Of a stretch of DNA of 64,000 bases, positions 47,432 through 61,043 are shown piece by piece (the first letter of the stretch is position 1; the number at the start of each line of letters is the position of its first letter). A program made the translations under genes and the position numbers. Where the stretch lies: contig OZ320316.1 in the NCBI GenBank assembly GCA_976226885.1, forward strand, positions 81,716,001 through 81,780,000, written 5' to 3'. Below the pieces are notes generated by a model. That model made no database searches. It was not told where the DNA came from and saw only the letters and a program-made list of their open reading frames with translations. The stretch comes from Iphione sp. A-MEVVRFRX5 (taxonomy: Eukaryota).

Positions 47432-48286
47432 CCGTCGGCCCGCCCCAACCGGACCCCGCGTGTCCGGAATATCACCATAACCGGATGGTATTCAAATAAC
47501 CAAGTCTTTTTCTATTAAAATTATACTAGTTAACCGGACCCTGCCTTTCCGTATTCGGACGAAATTTAGCTGCATTTTATAGCATTTAACATAGGAAATA
47601 CCTTCAGTTAACCAGAGGCGTGTTGTCACAGACGGCTTCTCGTCTCTGCGCGACAAGGGCGAACTAACGACAATGGATAGGGGTTTGAAGTGTTTGAAGT
47701 ACCTAGCGTCAGAGACGCACAAAACGATTACATAAGTGCAGATAGCAGGCCAGACCCTCCTAAAGGAAGAAACAACAGAGCGCAGAGTGGCTGACAGAGG
47801 CTCAAAGTCAAATACAGACGTGTGAAACCATTATGTAAGAGCTACATGCCAGCCAGACCCTCCTAAAGGAAGAAACAACAGAGCGCAGAGAACAAAGAAA
47901 TTTGAAGTTTTTTGACATCTTCTCCATGGAATATGCCTCAATCTCCATGAATTTTGCCATTTTTTTGTCACTTTCTCCTTGAAATTTGCCTTTTTTGACA
48001 CTTTCTCCATGGAATATGCCTCAATCTCCATGAATTTTGCTGTTTTTTGTCACTTTCTCCTCGAAATTTGCCGTTTTTGACACTTTCTCCGTGGAATATG
48101 CCTCAATCTCCATGAATATTGATTATGCTCCCATAATCAATAGTATCCATTAGGTTCCCATACTTTACCATTATGACAATTTTTCCCACCAGGAGATGCA
48201 TGGTGCTTGGGTCGCCACTCCGGACCCCCTCCCAACCGGACAATTTTTCGCATTCCGGTACCCCTCCGGTTAAGGCGGGCCGACGG
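47432..48286. mobile_element. TA-flanked MITE with CCGTCGGCCCGCC TIRs and internal ~91-bp tandem array
   Basis: ta|ccgtcggcccgccccaaccgga ... tccggttaaggcgggccgacgg|ta. The array ttctccatggaatatgcctcaatctccatgaattttg... occurs x3 at 47905-48120. A duplicated ccagaccctcctaaaggaagaaacaacagagcgcagag lies at ~47750 and ~47855. Confidence 0.85.
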
Positions 48287-48482
48287 TAATAGCCTTTCCG
48301 ATGCCCTCTCTACTAGGGAACAGTTTCACAATAGCATTTACTCCACCCCTGTGAAGGTGGTGCTGAAAAAATAGAACATAATGTACTAAATGAGGTATCT
48401 TTTGATGAGTCTATAAAGTAGAGACATGCATTAATAGAATAATGCAGTATGCTGTTACTTGCCCTAACTTAATATTCATCTA

Positions 48483-48745
48483 TTCCAAGTGTGTTCTCAT
48501 GATAAGAGTGGCATCAATTATCAGTCCTAAATGTTATGATCCAATCTCATCATAAATGTGCAGGCGTTTTTTATAAATTGTTTTCAATGATTTCTTAGTT
48601 ACTTGACTATTGACTCTATTCATCTAGTTTAGAATCTTATATTTATTACAAATTCCCAGTGTGTTCTGATAGTAAGAGTGGCATCAATTGTCAGTCCTAA
48701 ATGATGTTATGGTCAGATCTCAACATAAATGTCCAGGCGTCTTCA
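48483..48745. repeat. Two ~90-bp direct repeats 170 bp apart
   Basis: ttccaagtgtgttctcatgataagagtggcatcaattatcagtcctaaatg...cataaatgtgcaggcgt versus ttcccagtgtgttctgatagtaagagtggcatcaattgtcagtcctaaatg...cataaatgtccaggcgt. Confidence 0.85.
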
Positions 48746-49399
48746 GATGGAAGAGTTTTTATTTATTAAGGATCTAGGCACAAACTAAACTTACTCCAGA
48801 GACATTTATATACAGGTAATCACATTTGAATGCAAGTGAACTCAACTGTGTCCCTTGCACTGGGGAGTACGAGCATGTGAGATGATGCACCGGTCCTGTG
48901 ATGATATTCTAACATCCTCGTGTGCCACACACATGAGGGGGCGGCCAACTCTGCTTCTCTACCGCCAGAACCTACGCAGGACTGACGAATGTTGCATGTT
49001 GGGAAATGGCTCGAAATCCACCTGGTGGTCAAGGTGGAACTGTGGCCAGGCCCCCTATAACTTGAACCAGATGCGGGTCTCTGCAAACAAAATCTCCCAC
49101 CAAGTGGGTGAGTCTCATAGGTGTCAAGGGCCAGCTCGTAGGCCCACTCTTGAAGCACCTTGTCCCTCTAATCAGACATCATGGCCACCCTGATCGTGAG
49201 ATCAGGACTAGCTGGCTTGACTGGAGGCATGGGACCATGATCCATGACACGATCATCAAGAAAGCCCAGTTGGCTTGGCAGATGACTGGGTTCCCCTTCC
49301 CTCTCAACTCATGCCTCACCGTGCATACCGGTAGAAGATATGACTAAAGCTGTCATTGCCCACAGCCCAGTCTCATCAGCAGCTACCTCAGGGGGAGTG

Positions 49400-52300
49400 G
49401 ACATTGTCAATGCTCACAACCCAGTGTTAGTAGCTGGCATCTTGGCGGGGGTGGACATTGAAGGCAAACAATGACTCTGCCTCAGTAGCCAGCACCTCAG
49501 GGGAGAAGGGCGCCGTGGACATATCGAGTCCCAGGGCAGATGCCCCAGGCAGGATGCCATCATCCTCTTCTCCTGCTGGTGCCTCGTCGCCTCCTCCATC
49601 AGCTGGATCATAGCCTGACTCGCTAAACTGGATTTGGGCTCTTCCTGGATGGACTCGGTGACAGGGAATACAAGCCATTTGATTATCTCTTCCTCAGGTA
49701 CCTCTGGGATGGGGTACAAACCACGGGCTGGCTTCATGTCATAGGACAGTTCCAGATTCCCCAGATGGCAAGGCAGTCTCAGTAGCATCCACACTCTAGC
49801 CTGAAGCACTGGAAGCAGGCGTCACAGGAGTTGCTGGACCCTAGCTCCTTGTCCACGGTGGAAACTGAGCGGGCATCCAAGGCTATGCCCTCATGGTGCA
49901 GCCCAAGTGCGGGAAAGTATAAAGTCCTGCCCAGGGGTAGGTGGGGATGTTTCCATCGGTGACACCTATGCAACTCATGATAACGTTTCATGATAACGTT
50001 TCAGGATAGTTTATCACCGACCTTCTTGGAGGCACTCCTTCCCACAAGCTCGGAGTTGTATGGTGACTAGGGCCTCCTCTTCTTCTTTTGCACCACGGGC
50101 AGCCACCTATATCTCCTGGTCACGCTTCTCACTGATCCTCACTGCATCCCCTGCTGGGAGGGAGGAGATGAGCACAGGGTTTGACACAGGAGAAGGGGTA
50201 GTCCTCCCGGTGCTGAGGTCTTAAAGCTGGAGAACTGTTCATGGTGGCTTATGACTCTGTCGAAGCAGTTGCTGCGGATGCCAGGATCCTATAGGATGAT
50301 GTTTGCCGTGACCAAGTGCTGGTCAAAATAGTCCTTTGTATTTCTTTTGGTGATTTAGGTAAAGTTACAGGAGAAGTCGATTCACCCCAGGCTGCTCTAG
50401 ATGCCTTACGTGGAGTAGGTTAGAACAAAGACTCAGGTAATGCGGTGGCCGGGTGCTTAAGGCCAGCGCTGGGTGTTCAGCAGGTCCACTTAATAGCAGA
50501 TGGTTGGGTTCCCCCTTCTTCTGAACCTGTTTCAGATGTCTCCTTCCCCACTAAATATTTTGGCCTTCTTCTATCACTTGGGGTTCCCCCCCCCCTCATG
50601 ATGGCTGCCTCTTTCACTTGTATGAACCCCTCTTGGTCCCGCAACTGCTTGTACTCTGCTTGCTGGTCATCTGGCACTGGCGAGGGTCACTTGGATGGGG
50701 GCCATGTAGTGGGGTTCATGGTCCCGATGAATGCATTGTAGGTGGTGGCAGAAGTGTTCTGGCAGCACACAGTGGGGCACAAACACCTGAAGCCCTCATT
50801 CTTATGGATGTGAAGAGGTCGGATGTCGGTTTGCATCACTGTGGCACTTAAACCCACACTTGCTGCAGCTGGCAGCCATCTCAGCTCATATAACTGTCCG
50901 AAGTAGGTGTGAGGTACTAAGTGTGTGAATACCCTGCACAGCATTCTCTGTACTCTTGTTCTACTCCTCACCACAGGGCCTCTCTGCTACAGCTATTTCA
51001 CTTAGATTTTTCTGCATGCTGGGTCATCTCTGCACAGGTCCCTCCAGTCCCTCCAGTCGGTTGCAGTGATGTCAGTGCTCTTCCCACCTGCAGGACACCT
51101 CCTGGTACCTACACTCTTATTGTGCAAACTCTGTCTCTCTGCAATGCCCTGGCACACAGTAGGCACAATAGCCATTCCTGGTTGAGACGGTGTAACTCTG
51201 CAAAGATGCCTGCCATCATCCCCTTTCCCAGGTGCAACTCCATCTTCCACAAAACACCTTTGACCTTCCTCATGGCGCATCCGAATTTGAAACTTCCCTC
51301 TTGGATCCCATTTCCGTAGTCAGACATCCACTTTCCGTTGCTCTTTTTGCTACTAGATGCACTCACCAGACCCTCTGCAACCTAATTCATAGGGTTGGAA
51401 ACTGTGTGTCCAAGCAGGCCTTCCTCCAAAGATCAGGGTGTCCATATGCCCCTTGCTGTCAATGTCAACAACCATCATCGGCACCCACAATGTTTATGGT
51501 AGAGAATTCTGTTTCCACTTCAGCATGGCCATCCACCTGAAGAGGGCTACCATCTGTGCATAAATATGGTCCTGGTACTGGGATGAGATTCCGGATGCCC
51601 ACTGCCGCAGCCACCTCTCTGCTCATCAGCATGGGGAACACCCAGACACCTGGCCAGGGCGCCCTTCCAGGCATATTCTCCTCCCACTACTCCATCTACT
51701 TGAATTGAACATAGGAGCAGCCACCATCCCACTTCCTAATGCTCCAGCCAGCTTCGGCACATCCTTCAAACATGGGCAATCGTTGAATGGCCCGGGTTAT
51801 CACAGAGGAAGCACCCGCACTTCTTCAGTGCACGACAGCTGCTCACTCCTTTGTCGTGTTTCTCCCAGAGCTGACCCAGCAGCTCATCAATCTTCTGCCA
51901 AGGGTTAGAGGTAACTGCAACGATGCTACCACTGGAATACCCCTGAAGCTCAGCCTTGTGGACTCAGCAGCGGGCACTCTCCTTCTTTGAATCATGGTGT
52001 GATTCAGCCAGTTGGACCTTGGACAACACTGAGCAGGATGATGTTACACTTACCTGCGTCACCAGCTTTGTCTCCTTCTCATTCGGCGGGGCTCCCAAAA
52101 ATTATTCCTTGATCATCCAGTCCTTGCACTAGCCTGTTGCTTCCAGATAGGCGAAATAGACCAGCCTCTCAATGTTGTCTGTGAGGTCTTGTCGTCCTGA
52201 ACCTGTCCATGGTACTTCTAATACTGCATGTAGGCGTGGACCTAGTCTGCTGTTTGTACCCTATCCTACAATGCCTTTATGATTTTCTTGGAGGCTCCAT

Positions 52301-52700
52301 CTTCCTCAATGCCCACTTTTGCATTACGAAGAGCCATGTGAGCTGCTTTACAAAGGGTCATTCCCAGCTGGATGGCTTTCTGTCATTCCTCCCATCTGTC
52401 TGCAGCAACCACCAGTTGATAGTGGTGCAGGAAGTCCAGAAGAGATGTCATTCCATCATAAGTGTGTGCCTTGATGCAGGGACGCTGCACCCAATCACTG
52501 GGAAAGGCCACACATCGAATTTCTTTCACTAGCCCACTAATGGCTGAGTGCTAGCCTTGTGCTAATAGGGTGTCCTCCTCATCCTCTGAGCTCTCATTAC
52601 TGGTGGAGGAATCCTCCCCATCCAGTTCCTGGTCTTTGAGTTTGCATCTAGATCATCTGTCTTCTGCTGAGTGAGTCATGGCGCCAGGGTCTATGGAGGA
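49400..52700 (-). mobile_element. Decayed Ty3/Gypsy LTR-retrotransposon internal region (gag, protease, partial integrase; RT/RNase H not seen)
   Basis: Gag-like KAHTYDGMTSLLDFLHHYQLVVAADRWE.QKAIQLGMTL (~52350-52475). Protease C-part LCTDGSPLQVDGHAEV (~51520-51570). Integrase-like VFTHLVPHTYFGQLYEL (~50880-50950) and PSLWEG (~50035-50065). Many stops; LTRs not identified. Confidence 0.7.
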
Positions 52701-53159
52701 CCTTATCAGGTCATGGTCTACTATGGGTGATGCCACTCGCCATCCTCTGACAGCATACTCCAACTCGCTCTCTGCAAGGTTACCTATCTGGACCCACCTT
52801 CCTGTCTCGACAGTGTTCTCTGCTTCCAGAGATCCTGGTTTGCAATACTCCACACCATGCTTCTCCACTGTCCTTATGGCAAAAACCAACAAATGACACA
52901 ATACTATTCTGTATCTCATTTCGTGCTAGATATAGTTGGTTAAGCACCATGTGTATTGCATTGTGAGTGCCCTAACATCCTCTGAATCCATATTGCTGTT
53001 GACATAGTAGTGAATTTGTTTCCAGATGAGTATTAAGTTGTGTATATACTAATTTTCCAAGTACTTTGGACACCACCTTTGTGTAGAGGGATTACCTTCG
53101 CTTCTTTAAAACTAGTAGGTACTTCACTTTTACTAAGGTATTGATAAGGTGTTTTACTT

Positions 53160-53640
53160 GATTGATCTTTTCAGCAATATTCACAAGAATGCATTAAATA
53201 TATCAGCAATCTCTGAATCTTTGAAAAACCATCACCATTCTTAGTAATTTGTTTCTTTGGCAATGCTATTATACCGAAGTAGGTGTTTTAAATGGTTTCC
53301 TTTTGTTTCCTTTTCCTTGCCTTTTGTTGTAGTAGGCTTTAGCATTTCACATTGTTAGGTTGACACAGTTTCTTAGATAGTTGTAAATGTTTCTGGTATC
53401 TTCAAGTTTCCGTTCCCTCTTTTTCTTTAAGTGCTAATAATAATGATGATAAAAATAATAATAATAATAATTCTTCAATCCATGGTGTTCTTTTATACGT
53501 AGGCTTTATTTTCACCAATTTCGCCATTTCATCAGCAACATATAGAAGGTTATTGTAGTAGAGTTCCCAGCATTTGTCAGCACTGTTCACTATTATAACA
53601 GTCATGCCAATTCATTAATCAGATTCAAGCGGATATGCTA
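53160..53640 (-). mobile_element. Decayed LINE fragment (EN-RT tether region) interrupted by an (AAT)n tract
   Basis: DKCWELYYNNLLYVADEMAK....KRTPWI, then (TTA)n, then YLRNCVNL...AKAYY and KDSEIADIFNAF. Confidence 0.75.
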
Positions 53641-56039
53641 TATATCGTTCGATACGTGAAGAAAATCTACATTTTGAGCAACACTTGTAATTGTTGACAT
53701 TCTTTCATATAAGGAAGGTGACATGTTGGGTCGTAAGAGAACAGGGTGACCTACATTCAGCACGTCACCAACCTATTGTACATGTATACCACGTAGAAGG
53801 GTTTATTCATGCTTTATCACTTAACACGATTGTGACGAACATAGCCCAGTGTCTCCACCTCGTGAGCAATTACACAGAACATATGTCGCACTTCATGCGC
53901 CGCTGGACTAAAACACCGGTCTATTGACAATACATTTTCATACAGCAACAAATCGTTTTGTTGAAGCGGCACATTCCTGGTACATATTAACGTATCAAAT
54001 TGACATTATACTTAATAAAATAAAATGTTTTGCCTCACGAAAACGTACCTATTTGGGTTAAAAAATGGTTCAGTTGGTACTTGCTGAGATAAACCCAACA
54101 GAGGGCATGCACCAGTGTGAAGTTTCCACTTTAGAAAGAAAAGTTTTATTCCACCTGGATTAGGACGCAGAAAGCTCGAGCGAGGAAATGATCCGGTACT
54201 GAAAATCAAACTTCTTAAAATGCCATAGTTAGGCAATGAAACCTTCTTGGGTGAACCAGTCTGTGAATGGAATTCCCTGAAATAAACCAGTCTAGTATTA
54301 GGTTAATTCAGTAATGTATAACTATATGTATGTAAATAATATTGCTGAATCGTTACATGTATCGGTCTTTGGATGAAATGTTCATTGACGAATTACTCTT
54401 GATGTACATCACGAGCGAGTCATACATCCTTAGATGGACTGGTCTGGCTGGACGATACATGGCTGCATCCGTCTTAACATAAAGGAACCGGGAAAATATC
54501 GGTTTGTGGATATGATACTCCGCAAATAAATCTTTGTATGAAGGTTACGGAACAAGGAAGTAAACATCCTGGGCCAAATTGATGAGTAGTGAAGGCTAAA
54601 CTTCAACACTCACAAAATGATGCACATGTTCAAATAAACTGCGAGACGAAGCCGTCGACATCCATATCTACGTTACTTTCTGAGTCTGATTACGCAACTG
54701 TTGTCTTATAGGCTAAAAGAAGCTCACTGCGCCTGATGTTCGTAGTCTTTGCATAAAGCAGAGCCAGACAGAATTTGGCTTGAAGGAATGCCGTCAGCTC
54801 TAGGTTGAAAAAAACAAACCAAGCGCTCGCACGAGGCCACCTACACGTGGTGACAAGTACCGAAGTGCATATGTAAGGGATAGAGCCGCGATCCATCACA
54901 GACAATAGCTGACCTCATGCCATCAGGCCCTTTTGACTGCGTTCTATAACCGCGGCAGCGGATAAGTATAGCGCATCTCGTGAGGCTTTCTGTGGATGAT
55001 CGTGAGGTTATCATCATTTCACCAGCTCACTCATGTCTGCACCACGGCGCACTGGACTCTTGAGGTAGTGCTTTGTTGGTTCATACCGACCTGTTGTTAC
55101 GCCAGGTAAAGAGCGTCATGTTTACATCGTGGGCTGCTAGAGGGTGTTACTGAGAACAGTTGTGCCTAAAGATGTATACTGTGCATTACAACTGGATATA
55201 GAATCATAAGCGTGAAACCTAAGGATTGTATGGTCTGATCTAGTGGCCTATGATGAACGATGGCGGCGTAAAATGCCACCTGTGCGGACGACAGGGAGAA
55301 AGATTTTTACACGAAGCGAGATCCCTGCTATTCGAACTGGTTCACATCTTAGAAATGGTTGCTATGAGAAATAATGCCATACCAAAGGGCAGATCTTCAA
55401 AAGTTACTACTTCTCTGTGATGGAAAACACAGGAAAAAATGTCCACACAGATACAGTGCTCAGACAGAAACAATGTTTTATACAATATATCAACTAATAT
55501 AAGTCATGTGACCATTCTAGACCCGTGGTTATCTTCTCTTTTTAGAAGCTCATCCAAAGACACGCTCAGCGGTCCCAGAGTCTGCAAAACAGCCCCTTTG
55601 GGCACAGACTTCCGACCAACACGCTATTATTTGGGGTTGCACATGTCTGACTAGCAGACAAGTGACACACGTTGACAAAAAGTAAAACACTTACATCCTA
55701 GTGTGCCTGACAATTAATGAGTTGATCATGTCTTCTGTAGATATCGTAGGAGCTTCTCTGAGCTACACAGAAATGAACACGTTGCGGTTCTGTCCGGGGC
55801 TTCGAGGAGATGTGGGCTATGCAACGAGATATGTCAAAATGCATATATTCTAACGTAGCTACAGCTTTGCTATAGGAATGAACGAGGTGATAGTGGGCCT
55901 AAACATGTGGCACTCCCACTCTGCTTCAAAACGTGGTAATTTGGGAGTCTACTGATAAATGGCTGTTATACGAGAATATGAAATTCGAATTCTTTGTTTT
56001 CACTTTCTCCATGGTTTGGGTAACGTGGTATCACGTGAA

Positions 56040-56206
56040 AGCTAAAGATGGAAACAATAGTGTATGTAATGGAACAAAATGGTGTATTGTATAAGTCCCT
56101 AAAATTATTTATCCGGAAGATAGGTAGAAACCAGTAAAAAAAACCCATGAGGACAAAAATCAGGGTTGCTCAAGTTAACGGAAACGCAGACATATTTTAT
56201 TAGGCC
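56040..56206 (-). mobile_element. Truncated second copy of the Harbinger-type MITE
   Basis: The reverse complement begins tta|ggcctaataaaatatgtctgcgtttccgttaac and contains aatacaccattttgttcc, as in 34626-34962. Confidence 0.75.
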
Positions 56207-57209
56207 TAATCAATCGATATAGTGATCTAAATGTTGTGAACATGGCAAGTTCAGTGTAGCACACAGATGCAACCATGCAAACAGTCTTATTGGGTGTTCC
56301 TTGCCCATGAATACAGCCTACACACCTCAGACCCTATGGCTATGCTGCTCTCCATCTGGATGAAACCGTGCCACTTGCCGCCCTGAGCAAATGGTCCTCT
56401 AGGGCGAATGGTCGTAGGGTGATGGTCGACTGCATATAGAATGTATATATCCTGGGCCATAATGGATAGGAAAGTGCTTACAAAGAGTGTTCGAGAGCGA
56501 GATGCAGTCTCTCCTAAAAATGGAAGACTCGGGTCAATCATATACTACATTCTACACTTGTATACAATGTATCAACGTCCTAGAGCATTGTGTCTAATGT
56601 AAAATAATGTTTTAATACGGTGATGAAGTGCTGTCTTGCATGACCACTGAGCAGTAAGTAGAGCCAATGAATTCCTATTGGCGAACCAGGTGTCTCGCCC
56701 CATGAATATCTTGCGGTATGTGCACCCTGTGCATTAGGTTACGGACACCTTCCTACAGGCTACAAGCTCAATGATCCAGGTCAACAGGTTATATATTATC
56801 AGATCTACTGGGTGAACACCCTTATCACTACCATTACCGACGTGCGTCCTGAAAGTTGTCCCTTGTTCTCAAATCCGCAGACCTGTAGAACGAGTGCGAT
56901 GTTACGACTACATCGCCTAAATTTAAGGATTTGGTCTATCAATAGTATAAGGGTTTCTTGTTTTTCGTGTTGAAATAGCTGTGTTTCTTGGGTCTTACAA
57001 AAAAAGGACCAAACAAATAAAACAGTAAGAGGCTGCTTGTATCATGGCTTGTTCCACGTGTCTATCTGAAATGCCATGAAGCGGATCCAAGCTTGCACCT
57101 GAAAAGAAGACACCCTTTCTTAGCACAGAGTGCATGTTGGTTTAATAAGAACCTATAGGATAAGCGTCTGCACCATTCTTTTTTCTGTCGAGGTTAGAGG
57201 GAATGCGTT

Positions 57210-57420
57210 ATGTGAAGATTATCCCGACCGACAGAGCAGTATCGTCAGCAATGCGGCAATGACAACCAGTTGGCATGCCTTGCATTTATTGCTGTGGCCG
57301 CTGTGCTATGGAGGACTCTTTAGCCTAATTCTCACCAACAGCTGCCCCCTCTGTGGCTCCTGATCATGGCATTCTCATTAGAGGTTGGATGGGTCTCTAC
57401 CTATGAGTTTGCTGCCCCCG
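57210..57420 (-). mobile_element. Possible highly decayed LINE RT fragment
   Basis: SGATEGAAV (cf. GVPQGSVL) followed at plausible spacing by RIADDTAL (cf. YADDTAL), with in-frame stops. Confidence 0.3.
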
Positions 57421-60021
57421 GTGCTCCATGCCTTCCGGGTTTCTGCCTTCTTGCGCTGAGTAAGTATGACGGCCATCTTGCCTCCAATTTCTGATTCAAG
57501 TAGCTATTGGCACATATCTTTTAGAACATGTAGCTTAGATACCAGATGATGAGGAGCCCTGGTTACCAAGCCAGCCATCTCAACAGCAACCACCTTTAAC
57601 AATCTGCAAGGGAGATGGCCGCCCGCTGAATAATATGTTCGGTTACAGCGTTGTGTCTGTCTCGGTCTTTCTCATTTGGCTTTAGCTATAGTCTTCTGGA
57701 AGACAATAATACTTTCCTGCATTTGGATTAAGTCGTCAGTTCTTTTTGTCTAGTGCTACTCAGAGAGTAGTATTCCTTATGACAAAATAGGCTTCTGCAG
57801 AATCCCTCTTATCCGTACCTCAAATGGACCAAAATTGTCCACACCAAGTACCAAAGATGTATATAGAAGCAATGATAGGATTCTTCGAGATCAGTTATAC
57901 CCTGGTCAGTACCCGATGACCACCGTATGTTCTTTTTTAGGTTCAGTTGGTAATGAAATATCATCCTAGATTGTTGATCGTTGCGGACTTTCACAAGTTA
58001 ATACTGAAACTACGCTTCATAGGTCACAGTCCTAGCTAGTTGCTTTCTTGGCTGCTTTATTGCCAGGAATTCACGTCATGTACCTTGGAGATAAAATTTA
58101 CTTACTCAGGTGGGTGTTTGATGTCTGTCTGTCTTGGTGTGGGTGGCTTATTGTCTGAATATGTAGCTGCTCGAGAGAGCTACGTCCACTTTGGAAAATA
58201 GAGTGATTTTGCCCCCCCCCCACCTTCTCATTATCTGGCTTTGGCCAATGAGAAACATCTCCTTAGACCGACAGTGGAGTATATTCCAGCAAAGCAAATG
58301 ATGACTTCTTAGATTGAACTAATGTTGCCATTTATAATCGAGGACAAGGTAAAACTGACACACAGAGTTTAACACTTTAGATTGCGCCAGGTGTGATTTC
58401 ACTGATTCTTGCTGTGTACCATTCAATTGCAGTGACGAACGAAAGGGGATCAAATGCGATTGTTTTGTACTTGAATCTGCAAACATATTCAAGATTCCTG
58501 CCTCCTTTGTTGAATGGTGCGTTTAGGCTCCACTGCATGTGAAGAAGGGCGTGGTTTTGGTCGTTTTACCAAAAGATTTCAGCCCCAGACTTGGATGTAG
58601 ATCTTCCTAGTTACATGTAGGTGCTTCTTACTGAGGGTGACCCCACTTCCTTCTTTCCCAAGCAAGTGCTAGATCATCAGCACAGTCGTAGGGTGGTAAT
58701 AGACCTGTGAGTCTATAGGAGCTCATCCACTAGGAAGCTGAGAAACCACCTTTCTTTGGGTACTCCATTTTCCACTGCCTGAGAGTCTGAGACATCAAGC
58801 CAAAGGGCCGTCCTGCCTCGTCGCCCTGTGAGGAAATCCCATTTCCAACTCAGCAAGCGGCCTTCAATGTCCACTTTAGACTGATGAATTTCACCTGTCA
58901 CTTATGTCCCTAATTCAATCTGCAAAACGCTCCTCGCAAAATAATTTCTACGTTCGATTCAGTGTTCGAGGAGAGCCTTCACTCCGAAGTCGCAGGACTG
59001 ATGAGGTTTAGTCAGATCCGAGGGTCACAGCATTTCGCAACGAACAGGTCAATTCCTAATCGTGAACGAAAGTAAGGGTTATAATGGTTATAAGCCTCAT
59101 AAGAATGTCTTATGCATCTCCTTACTCTTCACGGGTTCCTCGGGAAAAGAGAAAAGGGGCAGAAACTGGTGAATGGCAGACTGCTTTATCCCGCCAGTTG
59201 ACTATTGCACTACTGTCTGAAAAGTAACCTTCCCCAACCTCAACCAGCAGACAGGGCGAAATTCAAAACTTAGCACTGTCATGTGCGCATTGTGCTATCT
59301 GCATATATTGTATAGAATGATAAGTCACGCACTCGTAAACTCTTCTCTTGATGATGCAGACAGTTACCGAACGGCACAATGCCTGTGACTCTTAATGCGT
59401 TAATATAAACGTAACAGCCTTAAACCTCATTTGGAAATGGAAATACTGCAGCATTGCTTTCCAAAGAATTTACCCATAATGTATCATTCATATATGAGAG
59501 GGCTTGCATGTTAGTCCGTTAATTGAATCACATGAGCGTAAGCAAAAGCAATTAGCCTCATCAAGGCACTCAGTATATATGTCATTTCGCAGCGCACTGT
59601 ATGGCAAGAATATACTTTTGTACGTGAAAACATAAATTGATTAAACATCGCTGGATTCGTACATTTTCAAATTGCAGTAATGCAATTACCATACTGAATA
59701 ATTCAATTGATAAGTTTGATGGAAACAACGGTTTATTATAACTACCAGTAACTTCCGGAATAATTTGTTTGGGAAAATAAAGAAATGGACATCAGCAAAT
59801 AATTCATATCAAAATAGGATATAAGTAATAAATACTTGAATATAAATCATTCTTCTTTAATCTTTGGGTGACAGCGGTATTCCCGATCGCTACATTGAGA
59901 CTTACTACAGCGGTGAACAATAAAGACTGTAAACTGTATAGATTCTGACAGAATTTACAACAATATGGCAGCTTGCTTCGTTCTGTCTTTTAAAAAAACT
60001 GCAACTGTTCTATCTTTACAG

Positions 60022-60306
60022 GCCTCCAAGAATTCTGCCAGACGGAGGTGTTCCGAGCGCAATGCGGGGAGGGGGAGGTCATTGCAATGACACGAGCCAT
60101 GTACGGACGCATGCGCGTCGGGCGCTGCGTGACAACTGACTATGGCCACGTGGGCTGTCATGAAAACGTACTAGTAGAGACAGACCGTCGATGTTCGGGC
60201 AGGAGGAAATGTGAAGTACGCATACCAGACGCCGTTTTCGACACCTTCAGGCCCTGTCCTATAGAGTTTAAGACTTATTTCGAGGCCGAGTACACTTGTA
60301 TAGCTG
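60022..60306 (+). CDS. Host exon encoding a SUEL/galactose-rhamnose-binding lectin domain
   Basis: Acceptor tctatctttacag|, donor G|GTAAGT, 285 nt, phase 1-1. It reads EFCQTEVFRAQC..EVIAMTRAMYGRMRVGRC....VGC.......CSGRRKCEVRI......PCP.....YFEAEYTC with the SUEL cysteine pattern. Confidence 0.9.
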
Positions 60307-61043
60307 GTAAGTGTTTGCTTAACAATTATGATTTATGGATTTTGTATAGATGAAAGGTATATCCTACATAGTGAAGAATGTGTGATATGGATGGTTGGGC
60401 AACTAAAAATGTAAATCAAATTGAGTTTTGCATAGGGACTCCATTGAAATTTGAATATGCATGTACATGCACTTCAAGTCGCAAACATTTATTTGGTTTG
60501 TAAAACGGTGATATGGCGCTCTTTAAAATGTCAAGTTATATGCAATATTTTTGCTAATTGACTAAACAAAGGTAAGGTGGCTGTTCATGAAGCCGTCACA
60601 TCTACCCCATTCTTAAAAAAAGATACATTCTACAGCATTGTTTATGGGGAGAGAAACACGTTCCTTCCTTTGAAAAGGTTGAAAAAAGAAAGGGCACCTC
60701 GGTGGACCTTCCTCATTAAAGATAAAAAGATCACGAGGAGAAACGTGAGTCTTCGCATATTGACGAAATTAAAAGGCTTGACCACAAAGGCCTTGTAGAC
60801 ATTTAAAATCGTCACCTTTCAGTACAGCATTAAGCCCCTTTTTCTACTATCCCCCACCTCCCTCCTGAGGGAGAGACAGAGTTCGTGTCATGTTTCCCTT
60901 TATTTCTATTTAGAGTCGGAGCGTGCATGCTAGGCTGGGACCCCCAACCTGCACCGTCTCCAGATCATCCATCATCACCCGATTCCATCCCCTTTTCGCA
61001 AAGTAACAAATGCGTTTTTGAGCGGTGTGTTTTTGTTTTCCAG

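Noticed and set aside
52680-52695. TGGCGCC as a primer-binding site of the Gypsy remnant
   Set aside because: The following bases do not match a tRNA 3' end and no adjacent LTR was found.
58990-59070. Hammerhead ribozyme-like CTGATGAG core (also at ~6472 and, on the minus strand, ~10838)
   Set aside because: The obligatory GAAA after stem II is missing (GAGG, GCAG, CGTC) and stems I/III cannot be formed convincingly.
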